Under the pieces are notes generated by a model, which saw only the letters and a program-made list of their open reading frames with translations, was not told the DNA's origin and searched no databases. From the IMG/VR virus record IMGVR_UViG_3300035497_000258, positions 32,001 through 96,000 of that record: a stretch of 64,000 bases of DNA; one strand, 5' to 3'. Made by a program: the position numbers and the translations under genes. This DNA is from a virus. Lineage: Duplodnaviria > Caudoviricetes. Each line of letters opens with the position of its first letter. Positions within the stretch are counted from its first letter, which is position 1. Positions 49,139 through 59,462 of this stretch are shown here, piece by piece.

Positions 49139-49561
49139 TTAAAGCCAGCTCCTCTAGCCCTTTTTCACCTTATAACTCGCAAACCGCGCCTATCGCAAAA
49201 TAAACATAATGTCAATAAAATTCCCAGCCCGCACACCAGTTTCTTCCACAGCTCTATCTAACAAAAACGTGTCTTTATCCTACAACCACAAAAAAACTTC
49301 TAAAGCTTCATCGCTCAATCCAACCTTCGCTCTCCGCAACATTTTACCATCAACCCCGAAATTCGGTACTTCATATCTTTTCTTCTCTTGATTCCACTAG
49401 ATTTCACTCCCAAGCGCTTTCCGCATCTTCTTAGAAATTGCGGCACCTGTATACCCTGTGTCTCTACCAATTCTAGCTGGAGAATATTCTTTACTACTAA
49501 GCCAAACAATATCCCCTTCTTTGCGGCCGTTCATATAAATCCATACAGTTAAAATATCCAT
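49139..49561 (-). CDS. Hypothetical protein (140 aa), TAG=Gln
   Basis: Open only with TAG read-through; preceded by the GGACAAA motif. Confidence 0.4.
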
Positions 49562-49859
49562 TTTAACATCTCACTTATCAAAAAATTTTTAAAACGAATT
49601 GTGCTTCGTCTTTAAGAACAACTCTTATTTTCTTTAAAAAAATATCTATATTCTGAAACAAAATTTGTCCAAATCTTTTTCTTTTAATGTAATAATTATA
49701 CTATAAATTTTATATAAATACAAGTATCTTCCAACCCAGTTCTCTCTTCTCTTACTAACAAAATTAAAATTTGCAAAAACGAAAAAATTTTGGTATTATA
49801 TCTACAGAAATAAAGAAGGGCATAAGCCCGACAATCTAAAGCAAAAGGAAGAATATAAA

Positions 49860-50192
49860 ATGGACTTCAACGAAATTATTAACTCTTACCTTGAGGAAGG
49901 TTACACCGAAGAGCAAATTCGAGAAGCTTTTTCCAACAACCTCGAATCCGCTACTTCCAAGAATTGGTACGCAGATACCACTCTTCCCTACACTGCAATC
50001 GAGTATCTCAAGAACTACATCGCAAAAATCTATCAAGAGGCAAAAACAATCGAGTTCTCCGAGAAAGACCTCAATGATTTCACAGACCTTGCGGATGAGG
50101 CTGTTCGTAGTACACTACTTACCTACCACAAACTCTCTAACTCCGACTTAGCTACTTCTTTGCGGGAGCTGGAGAATTTACTCTTCCACTAA
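49860..50192 (+). CDS. Hypothetical protein
   Basis: Promoter and RBS. Confidence 0.6.
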   Translation: MDFNEIINSYLEEGYTEEQIREAFSNNLESATSKNWYADTTLPYTAIEYLKNYIAKIYQEAKTIEFSEKDLNDFTDLADEAVRSTLLTYHKLSNSDLATSLRELENLLFH

Positions 50193-50311
50193 CCTCGATA
50201 CAAAGATACCAGTAAGCGGCGTTCCCGCTTGCGAAATTTCAAAAAATATTATAAAATAAAATAAAAACAAAACAACGAGGGTGTAAGCCCCGAGTAAAGG
50301 AGAAAATTAAA

Positions 50312-50704
50312 ATGGAAAAGATTACTAAGCGTGATATGTATAAGGCAATTATCGAATTCGTTGGCGGCGAGGATCTTGCCTATCCCGCAGATGATGTTGT
50401 TGCGTTCTGCGAAGCCGAAATCAATATCCTTGATAAGAAGGCCGAGGCAGCTAAGGCTCGCGCAGAAGCTAAGCGCGCAGAGGGTGATGCTCTTCAGGAG
50501 CGCATTTTCTCGGTTCTGTCTACTGAGGAGTTTATGACTGTTGAGGAGATTCTCGCTGCTCTTGATGACGAAGACCTCAGCTCTCAGAAGATTATTCCTC
50601 GACTGAACAATCTGTTCAAGTTCGACAAGATCGAGAAGGAAGATGTTACTACTCAGAATTCTCAGGGCAAGAATAAGAAGAAGGTTGGTTATAAGGCCAT
50701 CTGA
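50312..50704 (+). CDS. Putative winged-helix DNA-binding protein
   Basis: AAGGAG RBS, biased codons, terminator; resembles 43338-43700. Confidence 0.6.
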   Translation: MEKITKRDMYKAIIEFVGGEDLAYPADDVVAFCEAEINILDKKAEAAKARAEAKRAEGDALQERIFSVLSTEEFMTVEEILAALDDEDLSSQKIIPRLNNLFKFDKIEKEDVTTQNSQGKNKKKVGYKAI

Positions 50705-50804
50705 TTTTAAGGGAGGGCGAAAGCTCTCCCTTGTTTTTTAATTCTTTGTGTGTCACGAAATTACAATTATTTTATTACCTGTGCCCACATTTTTAAGGAG
50801 AAAT

Positions 50805-50996
50805 ATGAATCATAAAGACGAACCTAGAAATACATACGTCAAGTTTAGAGTTACAGAACGAGAAAAAAATAATCTTCGTGCGTTTTCAAGAATTACTGGA
50901 TTATCAATTTCAGAACTAATTAGAGAAAGATGTGAAGCTTTACTAAAAGGAGATGACTTATGGCTAGACGAGACTGTTACATCAGATGTAGAGTAA
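50805..50996 (+). CDS. Ribbon-helix-helix (MobC-like) protein
   Basis: YVKFRVTEREK...GLSISELIR. Confidence 0.65.
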   Translation: MNHKDEPRNTYVKFRVTEREKNNLRAFSRITGLSISELIRERCEALLKGDDLWLDETVTSDVE

Positions 50997-51157
50997 CAGG
51001 AGAAGAAAAGATGATTCTCGAAAACTACGCAAAACACTCAAACTTAAGCTTAAGCGATTTTATTCGCCATGGGTGTCAATTAGCTGTAACCGAGATTGAC
51101 GATAAACTCGACTTTCAAGAAAACTTTGAAAGATATTGTAAAGGAGTAAATAAATGA
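50960..51157 (+). CDS. Ribbon-helix-helix (MobC-like) protein
   Basis: YIRCRVTGEEK...NLSLSDFIR. Confidence 0.65.
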   Translation: MARRDCYIRCRVTGEEKMILENYAKHSNLSLSDFIRHGCQLAVTEIDDKLDFQENFERYCKGVNK

Positions 51158-51315
51158 AAGAGAAAGTCATTTATACTAAAAGAATTGCTTATGAACTTAG
51201 ACTACAAGGTTTTAAAATCCTTAGAACTGGCATAAACAAAAACTATCCTCAATTTACTACTTGGATTTTTGAAGATACAAAAGAACTAAATGACGCTCTC
51301 TCTAACTTAAAATAA
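51154..51315 (+). CDS. Hypothetical 53-aa protein
   Basis: AAGGAG RBS; operonic arrangement. Confidence 0.55.
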   Translation: MKEKVIYTKRIAYELRLQGFKILRTGINKNYPQFTTWIFEDTKELNDALSNLK

Positions 51316-51321
51316 AGGAGA

Positions 51322-51657
51322 ATGTCAAATATGCCAAATTATATACAAGCTCCTACCCTAGTTCAAAATGGAGTAAAACAAAAGGAAAATGATAAGAATT
51401 TCTACCTACTACCGCAAACCCTTATGGACAAAATATTTAATGAATTAGGCAATAGATCTGCGGAAGTGCGGTTAATGGTGATATTAGTCGGTACTAAACC
51501 TGGGTTTAAATTATCTGATGCTTGGGTACAAGAAAGAACCGGTCTAAGTCATGCATCTTATAATCGAGCTAGAAATTCTCTAATAGAAAGAGAATGGTTA
51601 AGTTATAATAAAATCTCAAATGAACTTATTATAAACTATGATAATATCTATAAATGA
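51322..51657 (+). CDS. Winged-helix protein, replication-initiator-like
   Basis: LSDAWVQERTGLSHASYNRARNSLIEREWL HTH-like pattern; followed by direct repeats. Confidence 0.55.
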   Translation: MSNMPNYIQAPTLVQNGVKQKENDKNFYLLPQTLMDKIFNELGNRSAEVRLMVILVGTKPGFKLSDAWVQERTGLSHASYNRARNSLIEREWLSYNKISNELIINYDNIYK

Positions 51658-51727
51658 TGTAATACCATAATACACCATATGATGTAATATCATAATACAC
51701 CATAGAGGTAATACCATGATACACATA
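51655..51727 (+). repeat. Three tandem ~25-bp iteron-like direct repeats
   Basis: TGATGTAATACCATAATACACCATA / TGATGTAATATCATAATACACCATA / GAGGTAATACCATGATACACATA. Confidence 0.75.
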
Positions 51728-51809
51728 ATATATAAAGGGGTAAATAGATAAAAAGAACAAATAAATAAGCGGCTTCGCCGCCTGTTTGGCGCACTTCAGT
51801 TTTATTTTA

Positions 51810-51846
<37 letters not shown>

Positions 51847-51971
51847 TATATTACCTTTAAGCAATGTGTACACATTTACAGAAACAATTAAAAATTCCCA
51901 TCAAGGCGTATAAAACAACTAACACTAACTCATACAACAAACTCTAATTTATTAAAACAGGAGGACGTAGA

Positions 51972-52742
51972 ATGAAATATTCTCTAACTGTAGGAAATAA
52001 ATACCTAGAATCCGCAGATGAAGTAACGTGCGGATGGAACAGGCTAGGAGACGTATATGATCTCGTTAAAAAGAACCCTAACCGCAGATATAGAATCCTA
52101 TTTCCAGAATCTAGTGAAACAGACTATAACAAACTCCTACAACAAGTAACTCTAATTAAAGCATTAACTCCAAACTATACAATAGCAACGAAGGATTTCC
52201 ATATTCTGCAAAAACTAGTAAATTCTGGAAACAACGCCTACCTCAATCTCCCCGTCACAGACTGGGATACTTTTTCCCAGCTGGAATCCGCAGGTGTATC
52301 TGACGTTCTAGTAGCAGGACCCCTAGGTTTTCAAATGAATACCATCGCCCGCCGCAAATCTCAATCCAGTATTGTCATCAGAGCCCGTCCCGCGCACCCT
52401 TCCACACTTCTTCCTACTGTTTCAATCTCTGACTTTTACATCCGTCCAGAAGATCTTCAATACTACACTGCAATCGACTACCTAGAATTTGATGTCATCT
52501 ATCGTGATGAAGAAGAATCTTTCTATTCTCTTTACCAAAAGACTTCATTTCCCTTCAATCTCTCTCTCCTGATTCATGACCTAGAACCTTCGGTACCAAG
52601 TATCTACATTCCCGCAGAATTTGGAGAACAAAGAGCAAACTGCGGGCAGCGGTGCCGTGAAGCGCCTCAAAGCTGTAGATTCTGTACTACTTGTGCGCGG
52701 TCCGCGGCTATGATGGAACTTTATTCTAAGTCGCAATCTTAA
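51972..52742 (+). CDS. Hypothetical protein with C-terminal CxxxC...CxxC cluster
   Basis: 256-aa ORF; AGGAGG RBS. Confidence 0.7.
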   Translation: MKYSLTVGNKYLESADEVTCGWNRLGDVYDLVKKNPNRRYRILFPESSETDYNKLLQQVTLIKALTPNYTIATKDFHILQKLVNSGNNAYLNLPVTDWDTFSQLESAGVSDVLVAGPLGFQMNTIARRKSQSSIVIRARPAHPSTLLPTVSISDFYIRPEDLQYYTAIDYLEFDVIYRDEEESFYSLYQKTSFPFNLSLLIHDLEPSVPSIYIPAEFGEQRANCGQRCREAPQSCRFCTTCARSAAMMELYSKSQS

Positions 52743-52795
52743 TTTATTTATAATAAAAAATATAATATTATATTTATATAAAGAAGGAGGGCCTT

Positions 52796-54172
52796 ATGGA
52801 TATTAACGAAATTACAAATCAGATAGAAGCAGTTATCTCCAACGTTGAAGATTTTGGGGAGCGGGAACCAGATTTTGGTAAAATTGTAAATTTATGGAAA
52901 ATCCGCAAGGCCCGTTTCATCGAACTCTTCGGCGGAGAACCCATCTATGAAATTCCTAACTCTATTACTATTGAATTAAATGAAGAACAAAAGACTCAAA
53001 TGTTTAGTAAACTACTGAGCCAGATGTCTCACGAAGGCGCCGATGAAAAATTTATCGAGTTCCTTGAAAAAAATGAATCTAGCTTTTACGAGAATCGAGT
53101 CTCCTATCCGGCCGAAGGAACTGATATGAAGGAAGGGGCTAAATTGCTAAAGTCCTTCAAATACGTTCTTCCTCCTGATTCTTTACGGAAGTGCCAGGAC
53201 ATTGCGTCGCGAGTAATCCAACAGAACAAAGTAACAGGAAAACTTTGTTTCTCAGTGCATCCGCTAGATTATATTACGATTTCCCAGAATAATTGCGGAT
53301 GGAGTAGTTGCCACTACATTGAGGGAGACTATCGTGCGGGTAATTTCTCCTATATGCTAGATTCTTCTACTGTTGTTGTATATCTTAAAACAGAAGAAGA
53401 TACTCATCTTAAGTATTTTCCCGAAGAACTTGAGTGGAATAACAAAATTTGGCGTATGCTAATCCACATTACTAAATCTGGGAAAATAATCCATTACAAT
53501 AAGCAGTACCCATTCTTTTCTTCTGTTTTAATGGATGAAGTTAGACGCAATTATCCTGGACCGCAGCAAGACGATCTTGAATGTACCGGTTTCAGCAAGA
53601 TTGATAACGACTCAGGAACGCACTTTCCGCAAGTACCCGGATTTATTTTAAATGGTTTTATCACTTCTTATGACGATATTGTAGAGGATAAAAGCGATAC
53701 TTTAGCTTATAACGACATCTTAGCTTGTAACAATTTTAATCCTTATCTTTCTCACGCAAGAAGTATTACTCTTTTAAACTACTCACGCGAGGACCGCAAA
53801 GCTACTAAAGAAAAATTGCGAGTAAAAGTAGGCTCTTTAGTACCTTGTCCTTGCTGTGATAAAACTCTCGATGATTCTGAACATTATATCTGTACTTCTT
53901 GCGCAGAAGCTGCTCAAAGATTTGAACTTGGTCTTGACCTGTGTGATAATTGTAAAGATGAATTTTATAAAGAAGAATTGATAGAATTTAAAGGTAAAAA
54001 ATATTGCGCCGAATGTTTCTTTGAAATGGAAGAACTTGATCGAGAAGAAAGAGGCGTACAACTTTGTTATTGGTGTGGAGAAGAATACGATATTGAAGAT
54101 ATGAAGATGCTGGATGATGAACCCCACTGTCCGCACTGCTATGAAGAAAGGATGGCGAAATTAAATGATTGA
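52796..54172 (+). CDS. Phage protein with SVHPLDY...WSSCH motif and C-terminal Zn-finger repeats
   Basis: 458-aa ORF; multiple CxxC pairs. Confidence 0.75.
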   Translation: MDINEITNQIEAVISNVEDFGEREPDFGKIVNLWKIRKARFIELFGGEPIYEIPNSITIELNEEQKTQMFSKLLSQMSHEGADEKFIEFLEKNESSFYENRVSYPAEGTDMKEGAKLLKSFKYVLPPDSLRKCQDIASRVIQQNKVTGKLCFSVHPLDYITISQNNCGWSSCHYIEGDYRAGNFSYMLDSSTVVVYLKTEEDTHLKYFPEELEWNNKIWRMLIHITKSGKIIHYNKQYPFFSSVLMDEVRRNYPGPQQDDLECTGFSKIDNDSGTHFPQVPGFILNGFITSYDDIVEDKSDTLAYNDILACNNFNPYLSHARSITLLNYSREDRKATKEKLRVKVGSLVPCPCCDKTLDDSEHYICTSCAEAAQRFELGLDLCDNCKDEFYKEELIEFKGKKYCAECFFEMEELDREERGVQLCYWCGEEYDIEDMKMLDDEPHCPHCYEERMAKLND

Positions 54173-54319
54173 TGTAATTATGGGCATTGTATGGGCTTGC
54201 TTTGGTGGAGTAGATGTATATCTCTCTCTGAATGGCCGACCTGACTGTATAGTAGGAACAGTTCCCTGTTTCTTCCTGGCTATTCTACATTTTATGAGTA
54301 TTATCTAAGGAGGATATTT

Positions 54320-54625
54320 ATGGCACGTAGAGGCGATATTGCACGTGAGAAGGTTGTAAAGACTATTACGGAAGCTTTTGGAAACGCATATTTAGGAACA
54401 GAAGCGAAGAAGCTATACGTGGTAGCGGATGACGGAGATGAAAAGATTCAGTTTTCTATTAGCATCACAATGCCGAAAGCTGAATTTGATCCTGCGCGAG
54501 CCGAAGCTCCAAAGCCCACTAACCCTAACGATTGGACTACCGATGACCCTGCTCCGAAGAAAGTTGAACCTACTGCCGCAGACCAAGCGAAGGTTGATTC
54601 TCTTCTAAAGATGTTGGGCCTTTAA
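54320..54625 (+). CDS. Hypothetical protein
   Basis: AAGGAGG RBS and terminator. Confidence 0.65.
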   Translation: MARRGDIAREKVVKTITEAFGNAYLGTEAKKLYVVADDGDEKIQFSISITMPKAEFDPARAEAPKPTNPNDWTTDDPAPKKVEPTAADQAKVDSLLKMLGL

Positions 54626-54725
54626 CTCTTCTTTTGATTTTAAAGCTCTGCGGATGCAGAGCTTTTTATTTTTTTAAAAAAATACATTATAATATTTATA
54701 GAAAGTTGAGAGAGGAGAAAAGTTC

Positions 54726-54962
54726 ATGGAGATTTCTAAAGAGGATGCAAAAATTTTGTTAAGCACTATTAAAGAACTTAAGCAGCAGAAGCAGCAACTC
54801 TTAGATGCTCTTCTTATCGCTGGAAAATATGCACGAGAGAATCTTCCTGCTGCTTTTCCTTCTGATTCTTATTATGCCAATATCTATGTTAATGGCACAA
54901 ACCGTGATCCCGAAGGTAGAGAGTTCGCAAATTATTGGTTCCATTTAGCTAGAAAGGATTGA
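54726..54962 (+). CDS. Hypothetical protein
   Basis: Promoter and RBS. Confidence 0.6.
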   Translation: MEISKEDAKILLSTIKELKQQKQQLLDALLIAGKYARENLPAAFPSDSYYANIYVNGTNRDPEGREFANYWFHLARKD

Positions 54963-54966
54963 TATT

Positions 54967-55440
54967 ATGTCAACAGCACCTTCTTTTGCAAACTACAAGC
55001 GTCTTTCTGACCCATACGAGAAAAATGGAAAGATGTACATAGATGTCGAGCATCCCAATACCAAGAATCGACGCGCCGTCCGCTGGTATACTGAGGGTGA
55101 GGTAGCTAAGAATTACGGGAAGAAAGTCAAGGAAGAAGAACCTAAAGATTTAAAGCGGGTGCGCGGGTTCTCTAAAGGTCCAATTCTCGTTATTCGTGGA
55201 ATCCGCACTAAAGCAGATGAAGAATGGTGTCAACTCTCTAATGCACGATATGCGGTAGGTATTGGGTGGCATATTGTCTCAGAAGAAACCCTCCCTGAGC
55301 AGTGGCCGCCGCATTTTAAATTCCTTCTGCTTGGATGGAATGAAGCTTCTTATGATGATAAGCATCTTAAATCCGCGAGCGACATTGCGAATATCCTTAC
55401 AGCTAAAGAAAAGAAAGGGGAGTATATCAACTTTGGGTGA
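54967..55440 (+). CDS. Hypothetical protein
   Basis: AAAGGATTG RBS; 157 aa. Confidence 0.65.
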   Translation: MSTAPSFANYKRLSDPYEKNGKMYIDVEHPNTKNRRAVRWYTEGEVAKNYGKKVKEEEPKDLKRVRGFSKGPILVIRGIRTKADEEWCQLSNARYAVGIGWHIVSEETLPEQWPPHFKFLLLGWNEASYDDKHLKSASDIANILTAKEKKGEYINFG

Positions 55441-55643
55441 TTTAACAGCAGTCTGTACTGTTCATTTCTTCGTAGATAACGAAGAACTAAAAGACAATAT
55501 TGTTATGACTAATGTAAGTTCTTTAGTAGAAGTTAGCGAAAGACTTTATGCTTACTACAAAGATGATTTATATAGCGTAACTATTTCGCTTATTGACTCT
55601 ACTTTCCTTGAGATTACTGATGAAGAAAAGGAGAAGATTCTAA

Positions 55644-56075
55644 ATGGAAAAGATTGAAATCTATAGAGCAGAAGATGGAACTGATTTTGAGGATGAAAAC
55701 TCCTGTATTGCATATGAAGTAGGTCTTAAATTGAAGGAAGTACAGGGAGAACTTTTCCTCTACGATTGCGATGGAGAAATTACTCCTAATGAAGATGTCG
55801 AACTTGAGGAAGTTGGTTTTATTCATTTTGCAACTCCGAGAGCCGTTGAAGCACTTATCCAAATTCATGACCTTCAGGACTATTGGATCCCTGAAGAATT
55901 GAGATACGCGGAAGCTCCTGCATATTTCTTCTATGACTATAGAGAGGGCGATTGGAAGAATCTGAAAGAAGAATACGAAAGACTGGATAGCTATGCTGAA
56001 GTTATGGGCGCAAGAAGATCTTCCTTTATTTTTGACGTTGATAATGATGGAGAGTGGACAAAACTGGAAGATTGA
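55644..56075 (+). CDS. Hypothetical protein (IYRAxDGTDF family)
   Basis: Similar to the adjacent 56108-56476. Confidence 0.65.
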   Translation: MEKIEIYRAEDGTDFEDENSCIAYEVGLKLKEVQGELFLYDCDGEITPNEDVELEEVGFIHFATPRAVEALIQIHDLQDYWIPEELRYAEAPAYFFYDYREGDWKNLKEEYERLDSYAEVMGARRSSFIFDVDNDGEWTKLED

Positions 56076-56107
56076 GCATTTCCAGATTTTGGTAGAGGAG
56101 GTAAAAT

Positions 56108-56476
56108 ATGGAAATCATCTATAGAGCTCCCGATGGCACTGATTTTACAAGTAGAGAAGCCTGTGAGAAATACGAACTCGAGAAATATAAAGATGAAATT
56201 CATCTTTATAGCAAAGATTTTGAACCTTTGGCATTAAACCACGATTATCTTGAATTTGTAGTTTATTGCTATTGCGAAACAGACGAAGCGGCTGTAGCTT
56301 TGCACGATTTCTATGAGGCTGACTTAACTTGGGTCTCGCCTTATCACGAATTTAAGCAGCCGACCGCGGGTATCTATTATTACAGTAATAATTGCAATAA
56401 ATTCCTTAAACTTGAAGATGAAATGACTCGTCTAAATAACATTAAAGAAAGAATGTGTGTTGGACAAAAACATTAA
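56108..56476 (+). CDS. Hypothetical protein (IYRAxDGTDF family)
   Basis: Similar to 55644-56075; GAGGAGG RBS. Confidence 0.65.
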   Translation: MEIIYRAPDGTDFTSREACEKYELEKYKDEIHLYSKDFEPLALNHDYLEFVVYCYCETDEAAVALHDFYEADLTWVSPYHEFKQPTAGIYYYSNNCNKFLKLEDEMTRLNNIKERMCVGQKH

Positions 56477-56694
56477 ATTCCTTAAATAAAATTTTTAAAA
56501 GGAGATATAGCTATGCTGATTAAAGTTGATATGCAGTCCCCTAAGACTTGTGCGCAGTCTATTTGCAACCTCGATATTAACCTCTCTAAACCTGCGGAAA
56601 CCGCCGATGCCATTAAGAACTCTGTTATCTTTCCTTTTGCTTATCGCAATGGAATTTCTGAAACAAAAGTAAAGTGGAACTGGGAGGTATGTTA

Positions 56695-57183
56695 ATGCAA
56701 GATATTATTGAAATTCAGGGCTATAAACTCCTTATCCTCGATGAAAATAGATTCTGCTATAAAGCTATGGTTTTAAACTCTGAACTGACTAGTACTTATA
56801 CTAATATTGTAGAGGAATGTGATTATTGGTTTAAAACATTTCCTCTTAAAAACATGGTAACCGAACTTAGAGAGGTAAATAATACTCCTCTATATGGTGG
56901 ATATAGGAGTGGAAGAGCTGGTTTGTGTTTGCCTCTATCTTTTGATGAATACCGCAAATATCAAGATATCATAGTGAAATATGATAAACGAATCCAAACT
57001 TTGTTATTTACGTCTTGGACGGATAAAGAAGGCGCGATAATGCTGAAAGGTGGAATTACTCATATAGGAAGGGACTCTGTTGTTCCTGTTGCTCCTATCA
57101 TTATGATTTCAAAGGATGCTTTACTGCTTTCTTCTGCTTCTACTGAGGCTTTAATTGAGGAACTACGTAAAAGAGTTCTTTGA
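56695..57183 (+). CDS. Hypothetical protein
   Basis: GGGAGG RBS; ATG overlaps the upstream TAA. Confidence 0.55.
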   Translation: MQDIIEIQGYKLLILDENRFCYKAMVLNSELTSTYTNIVEECDYWFKTFPLKNMVTELREVNNTPLYGGYRSGRAGLCLPLSFDEYRKYQDIIVKYDKRIQTLLFTSWTDKEGAIMLKGGITHIGRDSVVPVAPIIMISKDALLLSSASTEALIEELRKRVL

Positions 57184-57233
57184 AATTTTAAGAAATTTAT
57201 TATATAATGTATATAGAAAGTGAGGGAACCGAT

Positions 57234-57473
57234 ATGAGTTATTTCAGTTATGAAGTTAAGGTTTATTCTACGGAAGCTTGCACAACACTTGAATCTTATC
57301 AAGGTATCGTAACTGCTGAGGATTACCATAAAGCTATGGATCAAGTGATGGATTTTTATGGGGCTGAATATCTTAGTAGTATTCGTCTTGAGGACTGGGA
57401 AACTGAAGGTACGGTTCTTGAGCTTACTGAACAGGCAATTCGTGACTTGAGAGGAGACGAAGCAAATGGATAA
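57234..57473 (+). CDS. Hypothetical protein
   Basis: Promoter and RBS. Confidence 0.55.
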   Translation: MSYFSYEVKVYSTEACTTLESYQGIVTAEDYHKAMDQVMDFYGAEYLSSIRLEDWETEGTVLELTEQAIRDLRGDEANG

Positions 57474-57900
57474 GAATGTGCGGAAACTGCGGCTTGAAAA
57501 CCGCATTAACCTGCTGCAAAATAAGGGTGACTTTAATCAGCGAATTGTGAATAAGTTGAAGCGGGAACTGAGAAAATTCTAGGAACTAAAGTTTACTAGT
57601 ATTGAACTAGTAGATGGAAGCGGAAATGTAGCGATAAAAATTCTTTGATATAAAATAAAAAATATTATATAATATCTATAGAAAGTTGAGGGAAGGCAAT
57701 GTTTGAAATGATTCATTTCACTGGCAACGACCATGAAATTCATCGAGTGTATAATACCTACGATGAAGCGATTGATGAATATAATAGAATGAGGCTCCAT
57801 GGACTTATCTATGAGAATGTCGTTATTGTCGATCTCTCGACCGGAGAAGTCGCTTATGACCATTTAGATGGTTGACTGCTAGGAAAGACTAGCTCGATAA

Positions 57901-57986
57901 GGCGGTGTGATGGAACAGGTAGACATAACGGTCTTAAAAACCGTTGGTTTTATACCGTGAGGGTTCAAATCCCTTCACCGCCACCA
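57901..57986 (+). tRNA. tRNA-Leu(TAA)
   Basis: Cloverleaf with long variable arm, anticodon loop CTTAAAA, encoded CCA. Confidence 0.9.
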
Positions 57987-57990
57987 TTAT

Positions 57991-58063
57991 GCAGGATTGG
58001 CGTAAGATAGCGTATTTGCTCAAAAGGCAAAGAATAGAGGTTCAAATCCTCTATCCTGCACGA
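57991..58063 (+). tRNA. Atypical tRNA-like element (loop TCAAAAG, no U33, ends CGA)
   Basis: Intact acceptor stem GCAGGAT/ATCCTGC and T arm AGAGG-TTCAAAT-CCTCT. Confidence 0.6.
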
Positions 58064-58066
58064 TAT

Positions 58067-58140
58067 GCGGATGTAGTTCAACGATAGAACGCTAGCCTTC
58101 CAAGCTAGATATGAGGGTTTGATTCCCTTCGTTCGCTCCA
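58067..58140 (+). tRNA. tRNA-Gly(TCC)
   Basis: CTAGC-CTTCCAA-GCTAG anticodon arm; TCCA end. Confidence 0.9.
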
Positions 58141-58316
58141 TGGTAGTCTTTAATCTACCTAATTTTAGTTCTTTACTGATATAAACTCCTTTTTAGTATA
58201 GAGGTTTAAGCCGAGGGTTTCTCTATAATATAAACTTCGGCATCTTTTGAAATTTAATAAAAAATATTATATAATATTTATAGAAATTAAGGAGAGCGTA
58301 CTAAGGAGGAAGCAAA

Positions 58317-58430
58317 ATGTTTGACGATTTTGATACTCAGATTCAGAGTGATGAGATGGCATGGAAATATGAGCTTCTTGAGGAGTTAGCTACAGATGTT
58401 CCGGTAGTCCAATCGGCAGGAGACAAATGA
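58317..58430 (+). CDS. 37-aa acidic peptide (MFDDFDTQIQSDE...) overlapping tRNA-Leu(TAG)
   Basis: AAGGAGG RBS and upstream promoter. Confidence 0.5.
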   Translation: MFDDFDTQIQSDEMAWKYELLEELATDVPVVQSAGDK

Positions 58431-58475
58431 TTTAGGTTCATTTCAGTGAGAGTTCGAGTCTCTCTCGGAACACCA
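58398..58475 (+). tRNA. tRNA-Leu(TAG), short variable loop
   Basis: AATGA-TTTAGGT-TCATT anticodon arm; GAGAG-TTCGAGT-CTCTC T arm; ACCA. Confidence 0.85.
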
Positions 58476-58734
58476 GCGATCGCTGCACGTCGCTTAATTA
58501 TTAGATGCAGTAAAGATACGAGTATGGTATCCGGCGCTTCGATAGTCGTTAAAGGTGAGATAAAACTGAATCGAAAAGCGTTACATTGGTTTAATACTTA
58601 AGCTACCACCGGCTTTAGGAGATACGTGGCATTGTGAGAACGCTATATAAGAAGTAAAGTAAAGTATATTCAGGTTTAAGAGTACCTTGGGTTTTAGAAA
58701 CTTGTGAAGCCTAAAACATTGAACTCTTTTATAT

Positions 58735-58808
58735 AGCCGATTGGTGTAGTGATAGCATCCGAGAATTTGACTCTCGTGGTGGAGGTTTGATCCCTTCATC
58801 GGCTGCCA
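58735..58808 (+). tRNA. tRNA-Gln(TTG)
   Basis: CGAGA-ATTTGAC-TCTCG anticodon arm; GCCA end. Confidence 0.85.
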
Positions 58809-58943
58809 TAAAGACGCTTACAGCAACTTTTTAAAACAAGTAATTTGATTAATGTACTTTCAAAAAGTAGTGCCTTTCTTTGCGGAGATTGGATAACAAA
58901 ATTTAAAGCGTCTAGTTTTTATTTAAAAAGGAGCAAGAGAAAA

Positions 58944-59171
58944 ATGATTCATTTTAGTAATTGTGGAACTTGTAACTCTGCTTTTAATTTTAATGCGGTT
59001 TCTGCGGATGCGGCTGCGCGAGAGCTAGCTATGCATCCCGAGTGGGCTAGAGATGAAGTGGCGCAGGACCGGGTTTGCCGCAAGTATGGCATTTTCTTAG
59101 ATCAGATTACAGATGATGAAGCATCTTACATTTCTTCTCTTGTTATTGAATACGCGAGGGCAATGCGATGA
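58944..59171 (+). CDS. Hypothetical protein
   Basis: AGGAG RBS before ATG 58944. Confidence 0.55.
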   Translation: MIHFSNCGTCNSAFNFNAVSADAAARELAMHPEWARDEVAQDRVCRKYGIFLDQITDDEASYISSLVIEYARAMR

Positions 59172-59314
59172 AATTTAAAGATTTAGAAAGAGGTATGTTT
59201 CGCTGGAAAGGCTTAGTTTATACTAAGTTTTGTAGAACGGCAGCGGCTGTTATTACTTCTGGTAAAGTAGTTAGATTTGAAGCAGAAGAAGAGATAGAAG
59301 AAATGTGAAAATAT

Positions 59315-59390
59315 TCTAGTGTAGCTTAGTAGGTTAAAGCCTCCGACTTATAATCGGAAAACTAGGGTTCAAATCCCTACACTAGGACCA
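59315..59390 (+). tRNA. tRNA-Ile(TAT)
   Basis: TCCGA-CTTATAA-TCGGA anticodon arm; ACCA. Confidence 0.88.
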
Positions 59391-59462
59391 AGCGCTTAGC
59401 GCTACATATACCTTGCCTCCAAGTGTTTTTAGTCCTAAGTATGACTTAAAACTGCTTGATAC

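Noticed and set aside
58398-58475. tRNA with TAG in the anticodon loop as an amber suppressor
   Set aside because: Anticodon UAG decodes CUA (Leu); an amber suppressor needs anticodon CUA
58141-59460. Theta (HDV-like) ribozymes after the tRNA 3' ends
   Set aside because: I could not build the nested double-pseudoknot layout by eye; the elements are kept only as unassigned structures
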